From NCBI GenBank assembly GCA_039932235.1, contig JBDTQJ010000001.1, positions 1 to 46,517 of the forward strand: DNA of 46,517 nucleotides, given 5' to 3'. Below, piece by piece: positions 9,915 through 17,939 of the stretch; positions within the stretch are counted from its first letter, which is position 1, and the number at the start of each line of letters is the position of its first letter. Under the pieces are notes generated by a model, which saw only the letters and a program-made list of their open reading frames with translations, did not search any database and was not told the DNA's origin. The DNA is from Chloroflexota bacterium (GTDB lineage: Bacteria > Chloroflexota > Limnocylindria > QHBO01). The position numbers and the translations under genes are program-made.

Positions 9915-9920
9915 CGGGGC

Positions 9921-10454
9921 ATGAAGAGGCGCGCCACCGCGGCCGATGAGCAGGATTGGATCGACGCCCGACTCCTGATCTGGGCCGCCGAGCTCCCGGA
10001 GCTCGATCTCGCGACCGAGGGCATCGTCGAGCGCATCCAGAAGCTCGCCGCCCGTTTCAACCATGAGATGGACCTCACGCTGCGCGAGTTCGAGCTCAAG
10101 CGCGGCGAGTGGCACCTCCTGGCCGCGCTGCGCAAGAGCGGACCACCGTATCGGCGGTCGCCGGGACAGCTCTCGGAGGACCTGGGCCTGTCGTCGGGGG
10201 CGATGACCCATCGTCTCGACCGGATGGAGACCGCCGGGCTCATCCACCGCCTCCCCGACCCCGACGACCGACGCTCGCTGCAGATCGAGCTGACCGATGC
10301 GGGCTGGCAGCTCTGGCAGGACTCCACCGGCACCCAGGCGCGCAAGGAGGCGCTCATCGCCGAGGCGCTCACCGACGATGAGAAGCAGCAGCTCAACGTC
10401 CTCCTGCGGCGCCTGATGCTGGCGTTCGAGCGAGACGCGCCGGCAGCGACCTAG
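9921..10454 (+). CDS. MarR family transcriptional regulator
   Basis: ATG at 9921. Winged-helix region [36 protein letters not shown] is typical of MarR. Confidence 0.9.
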   Translation: MKRRATAADEQDWIDARLLIWAAELPELDLATEGIVERIQKLAARFNHEMDLTLREFELKRGEWHLLAALRKSGPPYRRSPGQLSEDLGLSSGAMTHRLDRMETAGLIHRLPDPDDRRSLQIELTDAGWQLWQDSTGTQARKEALIAEALTDDEKQQLNVLLRRLMLAFERDAPAAT

Positions 10455-10999
10455 GTCTGGGCCGCACGCCCGCGCTGCGCGTAGGCCCGCACAAAGGCCT
10501 CCTGGGCGGGTGTCTCCACGGCCGCCGGGTTCCGCACCCGCCGCACCATGTCGATCGCTGCCTCGGAATCATGGCCACGCGCCACGAGCGCGCACGCTGC
10601 CACCGTCCCGGTGCGGCCGATGCCGCCCATGCACGCCACCGCCACGTTGCCGGCCCCGCGGGCCGATTCGATCGCCTCCAGGATCTCGTCCATCGCCGCG
10701 AGCCCGGCCGGCGGCGAGCCGTCGGGCATGGGGAAGCGCGTCACCGAGGGCTGCCAGGTTGCCGGGGGCCGGCCCGGCGTCCCGTAGCGCTCGAGCTCGC
10801 TGTCTTCGACGAGAAGCACCAGCCGCACCACGCCAGCCGCGCGCAGCGCGGCAAGGTCCGCGTCGAGATCACGGTCGTAGACGCGCCCCGGGTAGCGGAA
10901 GGAGGGCCCGCGCTTGCCCGGCAGAAACGTGAGCCCGATGTCGCCCCCGCCCGCGTCCGCGACACCCAGCCAATCCACGCGCAGCCGCTGCTCCCCCAT
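10451..10999 (-). CDS. Cys-based protein tyrosine/dual-specificity phosphatase-like protein
   Basis: 182 aa from the ATG at 10999. P-loop VACMGGIGRTG (CX5R). Start is 2 nt after the stop of the upstream DUF3090 gene. Confidence 0.75.
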   Translation of the reverse strand: MGEQRLRVDWLGVADAGGGDIGLTFLPGKRGPSFRYPGRVYDRDLDADLAALRAAGVVRLVLLVEDSELERYGTPGRPPATWQPSVTRFPMPDGSPPAGLAAMDEILEAIESARGAGNVAVACMGGIGRTGTVAACALVARGHDSEAAIDMVRRVRNPAAVETPAQEAFVRAYAQRGRAAQT

Positions 11000-11001
11000 C
11001 G

Positions 11002-11535
11002 TCAGTTCAGGTGGCTGTTGGCCCGCGGGCAGAGGTGGCCGCGCTCGTCGATCGGCTGGCCGCAGAACGGGCAGGTGGGTCGTCCGGCCGAGACGAGATC
11101 CGCGGCGCGGCGGACGAAGGCGCGGGCCGGTGCGAGCGGCAAGCTGACGCGGAACAGGTCGGGCGCATCGGGGTCCTCGTCGGTTGCCTCGACGTAGTCG
11201 CCCTCGTCCGATATCGGCTGCGCCTCGAGCACGACACGCTCGCTCCCCGGGTCCCATGCCAGCGCAAGGACCCCCACCCGGAAGGCTTCGACCAGTGGCT
11301 CGTCGAGTGGCGCGTCATCCAGCACCTCCGCGGGCGCCGACGGCGCCTCCTCGATGGCATCGATGAGATCCGCCATGCGGTTCGCGAGGATGGCGACCTG
11401 CGACTTCTCGACGATCACGCTCACCACCGCAGGGCCCTGCCGCGCCTGGAGGTAGAAGGTGCGATCGCCGGGAACACCGATCGTTCCGGCGATGAATCGG
11501 TCGGGATCTGTGAATCGGAACAGTCGGCGAGGCAT
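11002..11535 (-). CDS. DUF3090 family protein (actinobacterial conserved hypothetical, TIGR03847-like)
   Basis: ATG at 11535 (MPRRLFRF). Contains FIAGTIGVPGDRTFYLQA and a C-terminal CPFCGQPID..GHLCPR zinc-ribbon-like motif. Confidence 0.7.
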   Translation of the reverse strand: MPRRLFRFTDPDRFIAGTIGVPGDRTFYLQARQGPAVVSVIVEKSQVAILANRMADLIDAIEEAPSAPAEVLDDAPLDEPLVEAFRVGVLALAWDPGSERVVLEAQPISDEGDYVEATDEDPDAPDLFRVSLPLAPARAFVRRAADLVSAGRPTCPFCGQPIDERGHLCPRANSHLN

Positions 11536-11731
11536 GTGTCCATCGTACCGACTCATCGAGGCCCGGACACGGGACGGGATCGGAGACGTGCCCAATCCCC
11601 GATCCCGCTGCCCGATCTTCGAGTCGAGCTTCGCCGTCCTTGCTACGGCGATGTGCCCGCCCGACTCGATCCCTGGCAGCCTACGTCCGGGCGGGGCTCC
11701 CTGTCAACGCCAATTTGACCGAGCCGCGGGG

Positions 11732-13030
11732 TCAGGAGATTGTGAGCGCCTGGCTGGTGAGCTCATAGGCGCCGCGGTGGTCGCCGCCCGCGGCGCGCAG
11801 ATCCGCCCATTCACGGAGCACGTCACGCAGCCGGCCATCCAGCCGCCCGATGCGAGCCACCTCGGCGGCGCTCGCAAAGCGCTGCTCGGCCTCCGAGGCA
11901 TCCCCCGCCTCGCGCATGACTCGCGCCTCGGTGAGGAGCGCCGCCAGCTCGGCGAGGCGATTGCCGCTCGTGCGCGCCTTGGCCATCGCCTCTGCGGCCA
12001 GCGCCCGCGCCTGGGCAGCATCGCCCGCCCGGAGCGCGACCTGCGCCTGCGTTTCGAGGATGGCGGCCATGACGCGCTCGTCGCCGGTCTTCTCTGCCTG
12101 GTGGTGCGCGGCATTGGCGTACTCGCGCGCTCGGTCCACGTTCCCGCCGGCGAGGTACGCGAGCGCCAGGTCATTCTCGATGGAGGCGGACTCGAGCTCG
12201 GTCCCCGCGGCCCGGAACAGCCCCAGGGCCTGGGTCCCGCTGCGGATGGCAGCCTCGACGTCCCCGGTCTCGCGGTAGCTGATGGCGAGGTTGAAGAGGT
12301 ACGTGGCACGGCGCCGGTCGTCGAGGTCGCCGGCGAAGCCACGCGCCTCCTCCAGGTAGCGCAGCGCCCGCTCGTGCTCGCCGGTGCGCGATTCGACCGC
12401 CGCCAGCGACATCAGGAGCCGCATCTCGAACTCCGGTTCGACGAGCATCCCGCTCCGCACCCGCTCCAGCAGGCTGGTGAGCATGGTGCGCGCCTCTGCC
12501 TCGGCATCCGACTCGTAGAGTCCGTAGGCGAGCCAGTAGCGTGCAAGCGCCGCGTCATCCGACCGCCCGAGCTCCTCGTACAGGCGCGCCGCCTCCGATG
12601 CGCGGATCACGGCCTCGCGGCCTCTGCCCAGGCGTGCCTCTGCCTCGGCGATGCCTCGCAGCAGGCCTGCGCGGCTGGCGTCATCAGCCGCGTGGTCGAG
12701 CAGCTCCGCGTAGCCGTCCGCCGCGGACTGCCAGTCACCCGCGGCGAGCTGGAGATCCACCTCCAGGCGCGTCCAGGCCGGGTGCTGCTCGTCGATGAAA
12801 TGGCTTGCCGGCAGCCCCAGCCGCTCCGACAGGAAGCGCAGGGCGACCATGCTCGGCCGGGCGATGCCGGTCTCGAGGGCACTGACATACGCCTTGGTAT
12901 ATCGATCCCCAGCGAGCGCCTGCTGCGTGAGGCCCGATCGATGGCGGGCCTCACGGATGCGAGCGCCGATGCGCTTGGCGAGTGCGACGTCCTGCTCCGT
13001 CGCCCGCGCGATGGTCTTTGTTCTCGGCAT
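11732..13030 (-). CDS. XRE-family HTH transcriptional regulator with long TPR-like C-terminal domain
   Basis: ATG at 13030. HTH segment IREARHRSGLTQQALAGDRYTKAYVSALETGIARPS. The remaining ~350 aa are Ala/Leu/Glu-rich helical repeats (LGR..EA.., ARYWLAYGLYE, ALRYLEEA, YLFNLAISYRETGD, LALAYLAGGN). Confidence 0.85.
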   Translation of the reverse strand: MPRTKTIARATEQDVALAKRIGARIREARHRSGLTQQALAGDRYTKAYVSALETGIARPSMVALRFLSERLGLPASHFIDEQHPAWTRLEVDLQLAAGDWQSAADGYAELLDHAADDASRAGLLRGIAEAEARLGRGREAVIRASEAARLYEELGRSDDAALARYWLAYGLYESDAEAEARTMLTSLLERVRSGMLVEPEFEMRLLMSLAAVESRTGEHERALRYLEEARGFAGDLDDRRRATYLFNLAISYRETGDVEAAIRSGTQALGLFRAAGTELESASIENDLALAYLAGGNVDRAREYANAAHHQAEKTGDERVMAAILETQAQVALRAGDAAQARALAAEAMAKARTSGNRLAELAALLTEARVMREAGDASEAEQRFASAAEVARIGRLDGRLRDVLREWADLRAAGGDHRGAYELTSQALTIS

Positions 13031-13161
13031 TGCCGGAGTGTACAACCCCGTGGCAAGTGTGGATTGACGAGACCCACCGCCGAAAGTACGGGGATCCGCG
13101 CAGCGCCTTGGTACCGGTGGGCCATTGTTCGCGCGCACCAACCGGGCGAGCGTGTAGCCAG

Positions 13162-13180
13162 GTCACCCGCCGTGGGTGAC
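13162..13180. promoter_or_regulatory. inverted repeat GTCACCC-N5-GGGTGAC (candidate operator)
   Basis: Perfect 7-bp arms at 13162-13168 and 13174-13180, 8 nt upstream of the AGGAG of the small ORF, in the regulator/peptide intergenic region. Confidence 0.3.
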
Positions 13181-13199
13181 GCACACCAGGAGATCCCTT

Positions 13200-13319
13200 A
13201 TGCGCGCACCCCGGATCGTTCGATCCATTCTGCTCGCAGGCATGGTCGCCGCGGTGAGCCTCATGTCCATCGCCACGACCGTCCTCGGCGTCACCACCGG
13301 AGGCGGATTCCCTCACTGA
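13200..13319 (+). CDS. unlisted 39-aa ORF, signal-peptide-like pre-peptide (MRAPRIVRSILLAGMVAAVSLMSIATTVLGVTTGGGFPH)
   Basis: ATG at 13200 is preceded by AGGAG (13188-13192) with a 7-nt spacer; TGA at 13317-13319. A strong stem-loop lies 26 nt downstream. Basic N-terminus, hydrophobic core, short polar tail. Below the 60-aa cut-off of the ORF track. Confidence 0.5.
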   Translation: MRAPRIVRSILLAGMVAAVSLMSIATTVLGVTTGGGFPH

Positions 13320-13345
13320 GGCCCCCAGCCCATCCCTGATCGCTT

Positions 13346-13373
13346 GAAGCCACGCCCTCCGGGGCGTGGCTTC
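13346..13373. terminator. GC-rich stem-loop (12-bp perfect stem, 4-nt loop) between the small ORF and the ligD 3' end
   Basis: GAAGCCACGCCC tccg GGGCGTGGCTTC, followed by TTC. Sits between convergent 3' ends, so it could act bidirectionally. Confidence 0.6.
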
Positions 13374-13381
13374 TTCGATGC

Positions 13382-16030
13382 CTAGAGTGGCGGCAGCGCC
13401 TGCTCGGTGGCCAGCGCCCCGGCAAAGAGGTCGCCGACCTCTGCGAGGCGCGCCGGCAGGGAGCGGATCGTCCAGCGGTCGGGTGCGAGATCCGGGTCTT
13501 CCAGCTCCTCCCAGCGGATGGGGGCCGAGACCGGGGCACCGGCGGCCGGACGGGGCGAATAGGGCGCCACCAGGGTCTTGTTGATCGCGTTCTGGGTGTA
13601 GTCGAGGCGCGCGCGGCCGCGACGTGCACGCTTGGCCCACTCCCAGCTGACGAGCTCGGGCACGGTCTGCCCGACGACCCGGCTGACACCTTCGACCCAG
13701 TCGCGGGTCTCGGCGAAGGAGTAGCCCTGCCGGACGGGCACCCACACCTGGATGCCACGCTTGCCGGTCACCTTCGGCAGGCCGATGACACCGAGGTGCT
13801 GCAACGCGGTCCGGTAGAGCCGCGCCAGCACGAGCACCTCCTGCCAGGTGGTCTGCTCCCCCGGGTCGATGTCGATGAGCGCATACGTCGGCATGTCCGG
13901 CGCATCGGTCCGGCTGGTCCACGGGTGCAGCTCGATCGCCGCCTCCTGGGCGAGCCACGCCAGCGTCGCCGGCTCCTGCACCACGATGTAGTCCTTCTTC
14001 CCCTCCTCGCCATGGTCGTAGGTCCAGCGCCCGATCCAATCCGGCGTGTGTCCCGGCAGGTCCTTCTGCCAGAAGCCCTTGGCGTCCACCCCGCTCGGAA
14101 ATCGCTGCACCGTGGTGCCCCGTCCGGCGAGGTACGGGACGATCGTCGTACCGATGCGCGCGTAGTAACGGAAGAGGTCGCGCTTGGTGACCGGTGGCTC
14201 GTCGCCGCGGCCGGGGAACAGGACCTTGTCGAGATTGGTCACCCGCACCTCGCGCCCCGCGATGCGCCAGCTGCCCTCCTTCGCCATTGCCTCGAGGGCG
14301 GCGACCGCCTCGGCCTCGTCGCCCGCGGAGGGGCCCGGTGAGCGCTTCGAACGCCCCGGGCTACGCGGTGCCGCGCGCTCCGCGGCGTCGGCGGCCTGTC
14401 GCGTATCGACCGGCTTCTCCTGGCGAACCGATCGAGCCGCCTTCCCGATCTCGAAGCCCTTGAACGCCGCCTGCCGCAGCAGGCCATCGGTCGTCCATTC
14501 GGCGAACTCGACGCGCACCACGATGCGCGGCTCGACCCAGTGGGCGCCGCGCAACCGTGGGACCGGATCGAGGGGGCTGTCTTCGCGGGCCAGCGCGTCG
14601 AGCTGGGCGCGCAGCTCGCGGCGCGTCCGCGTATCGAGCCCTGAGCCGACCTGCCCCGCGTGCCGCAGCCGGTCGCCCTCGTGGACTGCCACGATCAACG
14701 ACCCCAGGTCGGCGTGGCTGCCCTTGCCGGCGAGCCACCCCGCGACCACCACCTCCTGCTCGCGCCGCAGCTTGATCTTCAGCCACGACCTCGAGCGCCG
14801 GCCGGGCTCGTAGCGCGAGCGGCGCAGCTTGGCCACGACGCCCTCCAGCTCCTGCTCGCGGGCCGCCTCCACGAATGCCTCGCCGTCGCCAACCACGTGG
14901 GAGCCGTAGCGGACCATGGGGTGGTCGCGGAGCACCGATCGCAGCAGCCGCTTGCGCTGCTCGAGCGGCACGTCGACCAGCGACCGGCCGTCGAGATGCA
15001 GCAGGTCGAAGGCCTGGTAGACGATCGGGATTGCGGCGCGTTCTTCGCTCGAGGCACGTGACCGGTCGCCCATCGAACCCTGGCCGTGCAGGCCTCGAAG
15101 CCCGCTCACATCCTGGAGAAGGCTGAAGTCCGGGCGGCCGCGATCGTCGACCGCGATGACCTCCCCGTCCACCACCGCCTCGCGGGCATCGATCCAGCCG
15201 CGCGCCTCAGCGAGGGCCGGGAAATAGCGCGCCGCGTCCTGGCGGTTGCGGGTCCAGAGGTGGACCTCGCTGCCGCTGACCACGGCCTCCACCCGGTACC
15301 CGTCCCATTTGACCTCGTAGAGCCATTCCGGGTCGCTGAAGGCGCCGCTGCCGAGGGTCGCCTTCATGGGCGGGACGAATTCGGGGAGTGCCGCGTCGGC
15401 TGCGGCCGAGAGGTCGATCTCAGCCTCCGCCGCCGGTGCCGATCCGTCCCAGCGGGCAGGCGCATCGGCCTTCACCTCGTCGTTGGTGCGGCCCGACTTC
15501 ACCGAGGTGGGGTGGTCCTCCGCGTCCCAGCCGGCCACGGCGGCCTCGTCCTTCTTGTGCATCAGCAGCCACTTCTCGCGGTCATCGGTGTCGCCGTGGC
15601 GGCCGCTGGTACGCACGATCGTGAAGCGCCCGCTCAGCCGCTCCCCGTGGAGGCGAAACTTGACCTCGCCCTTGCGCAGGGCGGCGGCCGGGTCGCGCGT
15701 CTCCTCCGGCTCCCAGGTCCCCCAGTCCCACACGATCACGTCGCCGCCGCCGTACTCCCTGGCCGGGATGACCCCCTCGAAGTCGAGGTAGTCGATGGGA
15801 TGGTCCTCGGTGCGCATCGCCAGCCGCTTCTCCCCCGGGTCGAGGGTCGGGCCCTTGGGCACCGCCCAGCTCACGAGCACACCGTCGATCTCGAGCCGGA
15901 AGTCGTAGTGCAGCGCCGTCGCGCGATGGCGCTGGACGGTGAATCGCCGTCCGTCGCCGATCGGTCCGTCTCCGGAAGGCTCGGGGGTCCGGGCAAAGTC
16001 GCGCTTGGACCGATACGCCTCGAGGGGCAT
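13382..16030 (-). CDS. ligD: ATP-dependent DNA ligase D, three-domain (phosphoesterase-ligase-polymerase)
   Basis: 882 aa. N-terminal PE domain (FTVQRHRATALHYDFRLE, WAVPKGP), ligase KxDG motif (EVKWDGYR) and C-terminal primase-polymerase domain (LDKVLFP...TKRDL..YY, QRFPSG, FWQK). Confidence 0.95.
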   Translation of the reverse strand: MPLEAYRSKRDFARTPEPSGDGPIGDGRRFTVQRHRATALHYDFRLEIDGVLVSWAVPKGPTLDPGEKRLAMRTEDHPIDYLDFEGVIPAREYGGGDVIVWDWGTWEPEETRDPAAALRKGEVKFRLHGERLSGRFTIVRTSGRHGDTDDREKWLLMHKKDEAAVAGWDAEDHPTSVKSGRTNDEVKADAPARWDGSAPAAEAEIDLSAAADAALPEFVPPMKATLGSGAFSDPEWLYEVKWDGYRVEAVVSGSEVHLWTRNRQDAARYFPALAEARGWIDAREAVVDGEVIAVDDRGRPDFSLLQDVSGLRGLHGQGSMGDRSRASSEERAAIPIVYQAFDLLHLDGRSLVDVPLEQRKRLLRSVLRDHPMVRYGSHVVGDGEAFVEAAREQELEGVVAKLRRSRYEPGRRSRSWLKIKLRREQEVVVAGWLAGKGSHADLGSLIVAVHEGDRLRHAGQVGSGLDTRTRRELRAQLDALAREDSPLDPVPRLRGAHWVEPRIVVRVEFAEWTTDGLLRQAAFKGFEIGKAARSVRQEKPVDTRQAADAAERAAPRSPGRSKRSPGPSAGDEAEAVAALEAMAKEGSWRIAGREVRVTNLDKVLFPGRGDEPPVTKRDLFRYYARIGTTIVPYLAGRGTTVQRFPSGVDAKGFWQKDLPGHTPDWIGRWTYDHGEEGKKDYIVVQEPATLAWLAQEAAIELHPWTSRTDAPDMPTYALIDIDPGEQTTWQEVLVLARLYRTALQHLGVIGLPKVTGKRGIQVWVPVRQGYSFAETRDWVEGVSRVVGQTVPELVSWEWAKRARRGRARLDYTQNAINKTLVAPYSPRPAAGAPVSAPIRWEELEDPDLAPDRWTIRSLPARLAEVGDLFAGALATEQALPPL

Positions 16031-16033
16031 CGG

Positions 16034-16702
16034 TCAGTCCGGGAGGTGGACGGAGAGCTCGTCGAGCGTCCCCAGCACGATCCGTGCGCCCGCCGCCTCG
16101 AGCATCGACCGCTCGACCGCCGCACCGGCGAGCACGGCAATCGGCAGCATCCCGGCCGCGACGCTCGCCTCCATGTCCCACGTCGAGTCGCCGACGTACC
16201 AGCAGTGCTCGGGCGCCACATCGAGCTCGCGGGCGGCCAGCAGCAGCAGGTCCGGCGCGGGCTTGGCGTGCTCGACGTGGCTGCCGTCGACGATGGTCGG
16301 CTCGCGCTCAAGCCCGAGGGCCGCGACCGACGTCTCGACCTGCTCGCGGCGGCTGGATGTGCCGATGGCCCACGGGATCTCGCGGGCATCGAGCATGGCG
16401 AGCGCCTCGACCACGCCGCCCAGCGGCCGGGGATCCGTGTTGAGCTCCGAATAGATCTCCCCGCTGCGCGCGTCGAGCGCCTCTGCCGCTGCCTCGTCAA
16501 GCTCCACCCCGGCCTCGCCAGCCACTCGGCGCGCGAGCATCCGGCCGTCGGCGCCGATCAGCGGGGCGACCTGCGCCGCCGTCGCGGCGAGGCCGCGCTC
16601 GTCGAAGGCGCGCGTCCAGGCCGCGATGCGGGTGGGGACGGTGTCAACCAGCGTGCCGTCGAGGTCGAAGATGACGGCGCCCGGGCGGTCGGATCGGTCC
16701 AT
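16034..16702 (-). CDS. HAD-superfamily hydrolase (phosphoglycolate phosphatase / beta-phosphoglucomutase-like)
   Basis: Motif I FDLDGTLVDT, motif II GTSS, motif III/IV K...YVGDSTWDMEA. Stop is 3 nt before the ligD start. Candidate ATGs at 16702, 16714 and 16726; 16702 is chosen to avoid overlap with the divergent gene. Confidence 0.8.
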   Translation of the reverse strand: MDRSDRPGAVIFDLDGTLVDTVPTRIAAWTRAFDERGLAATAAQVAPLIGADGRMLARRVAGEAGVELDEAAAEALDARSGEIYSELNTDPRPLGGVVEALAMLDAREIPWAIGTSSRREQVETSVAALGLEREPTIVDGSHVEHAKPAPDLLLLAARELDVAPEHCWYVGDSTWDMEASVAAGMLPIAVLAGAAVERSMLEAAGARIVLGTLDELSVHLPD

Positions 16703-16724
16703 GCCGCCTACCATAGCGTCGCGC

Positions 16725-17939
16725 ATGCCATCCCCGTTCGCCCACCACTGGCTGCTCGATCCGGAGATCGCGCTGCTCAACCACGGCTCGTTCGGCGCCA
16801 CCCCGCGGGCGGTGCTCGAGGTGCAGACGGCATGGCGCGACCGAATGGAGCGCGAGCCGATCGCCTTCTTCGTGCGCGACCTGGAGCCGGCGCTCGACGC
16901 GGCACGCGCGGAGCTGGGGGCATTCCTGCATGCCGATCCGGACGACCTGGCCTTCGTGCCGAACGCCACGACCGCGTTCAACACCGTGCTCGCCTCGTTG
17001 CACCTCGAGCCAGGGGACGAGCTGCTCGTCACCGACCACGGGTACAACGCGGCAAAGAACGCGCTGCAGCACCTTGCCGAGCGGGATGGCGGCCGGGTGG
17101 TGATCGCGCCGCTTCCGTTCCCCATCCGGGACCCGCACGAGGCGGTCGCCGCGATCCTGGCGTGCGTCACGCCGCGCACCCGGGTGGCGGTGATCGACCA
17201 CGTCACCAGCCCGACCGCCCTCATCCTGCCCATCGCGGAGATCGTCGCGGCGCTGGCGGATCGGGGCGTCGACACGCTCGTGGACGGCGCGCACGCCCCG
17301 GGAATGCTCGACCTCGACGTGCCGGCCATCGGGGCGGCGTGGTATGCCGGCAACCTCCACAAGTGGGTCCACGCGCCGAAGGGCAGCGCCTTCCTGTGGG
17401 TGGCAGCCGGTCGCCAGGCCGCCATCCGACCCCTCGTCATCAGCCATGGCGCCAACTCCCCGCGCACGGACCGGTCGCGGTTCCGGCTGGAGTTCGACTG
17501 GACCGGCACTGACGACCAGACCGCCTATCTCGCGGTGCCGGCGGCGCTGCGCTTCGGCGCGTCGCTCCTGGCCGGCGGCTGGCCCGCGCTCCGGCGCCGC
17601 AACCACGACCTGGCAATTGCGGCACGCGACCTCGTATTGCTCGCGCTCGACCAGGCAGCCCCGGCGCCCGACTCGATGATCGGCTCAATGGTCACCCTCC
17701 AACTGCCGCCCACCATGGCCGCCGGCGGACGAGTGCAGGGGGTGGACCTGTACGGCGATTCGGTCCACGACGCGCTCCTCGAGGTCGGGCTGCAGACGAT
17801 GATCACCCCGTGGCCGCAACGCCCCGACGGCGGGCCATGGCGACGCCTGCTGCGCGTCAGCGCCGCCGCCCACAACGATCTCGGGCAGATGGAGCGCCTG
17901 GCCGCGGCCCTGCCGGCCATCCTGGCGGGGCTGCGGTGA
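16725..17939 (+). CDS. class V-fold PLP-dependent aminotransferase (isopenicillin-N epimerase / cysteine desulfurase-like)
   Basis: ATG at 16725 (MPSPFAHHWLLDPE). LNHGSFG and GNLHKWVHAPKGSAFL (PLP-lysine context). Confidence 0.85.
   Translation: MPSPFAHHWLLDPEIALLNHGSFGATPRAVLEVQTAWRDRMEREPIAFFVRDLEPALDAARAELGAFLHADPDDLAFVPNATTAFNTVLASLHLEPGDELLVTDHGYNAAKNALQHLAERDGGRVVIAPLPFPIRDPHEAVAAILACVTPRTRVAVIDHVTSPTALILPIAEIVAALADRGVDTLVDGAHAPGMLDLDVPAIGAAWYAGNLHKWVHAPKGSAFLWVAAGRQAAIRPLVISHGANSPRTDRSRFRLEFDWTGTDDQTAYLAVPAALRFGASLLAGGWPALRRRNHDLAIAARDLVLLALDQAAPAPDSMIGSMVTLQLPPTMAAGGRVQGVDLYGDSVHDALLEVGLQTMITPWPQRPDGGPWRRLLRVSAAAHNDLGQMERLAAALPAILAGLR

Noticed and set aside
11573-11610. Inverted repeat CGGGATCGG-N16-CCGATCCCG between the TPR regulator 3' end and the DUF3090 start
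   Set aside because: It could be a weak terminator or attenuator, but the loop is long, there is no U-tract and the arms are GC-simple. That is not enough to call a feature.
16726-16726. HAD start at 16726, giving start codons overlapping on opposite strands
   Set aside because: This is possible in frame, but the DxDxT motif is at a normal distance from the 16702 or 16714 starts, and head-to-head overlapping starts are rare. I kept it only as an alternative.
15086-17512. 808-aa plus-strand ORF
   Set aside because: It is antisense to ligD and the HAD gene and out of frame with the class V aminotransferase. Its composition is Arg/Gly/Ala/Pro-biased and no domain is recognisable.
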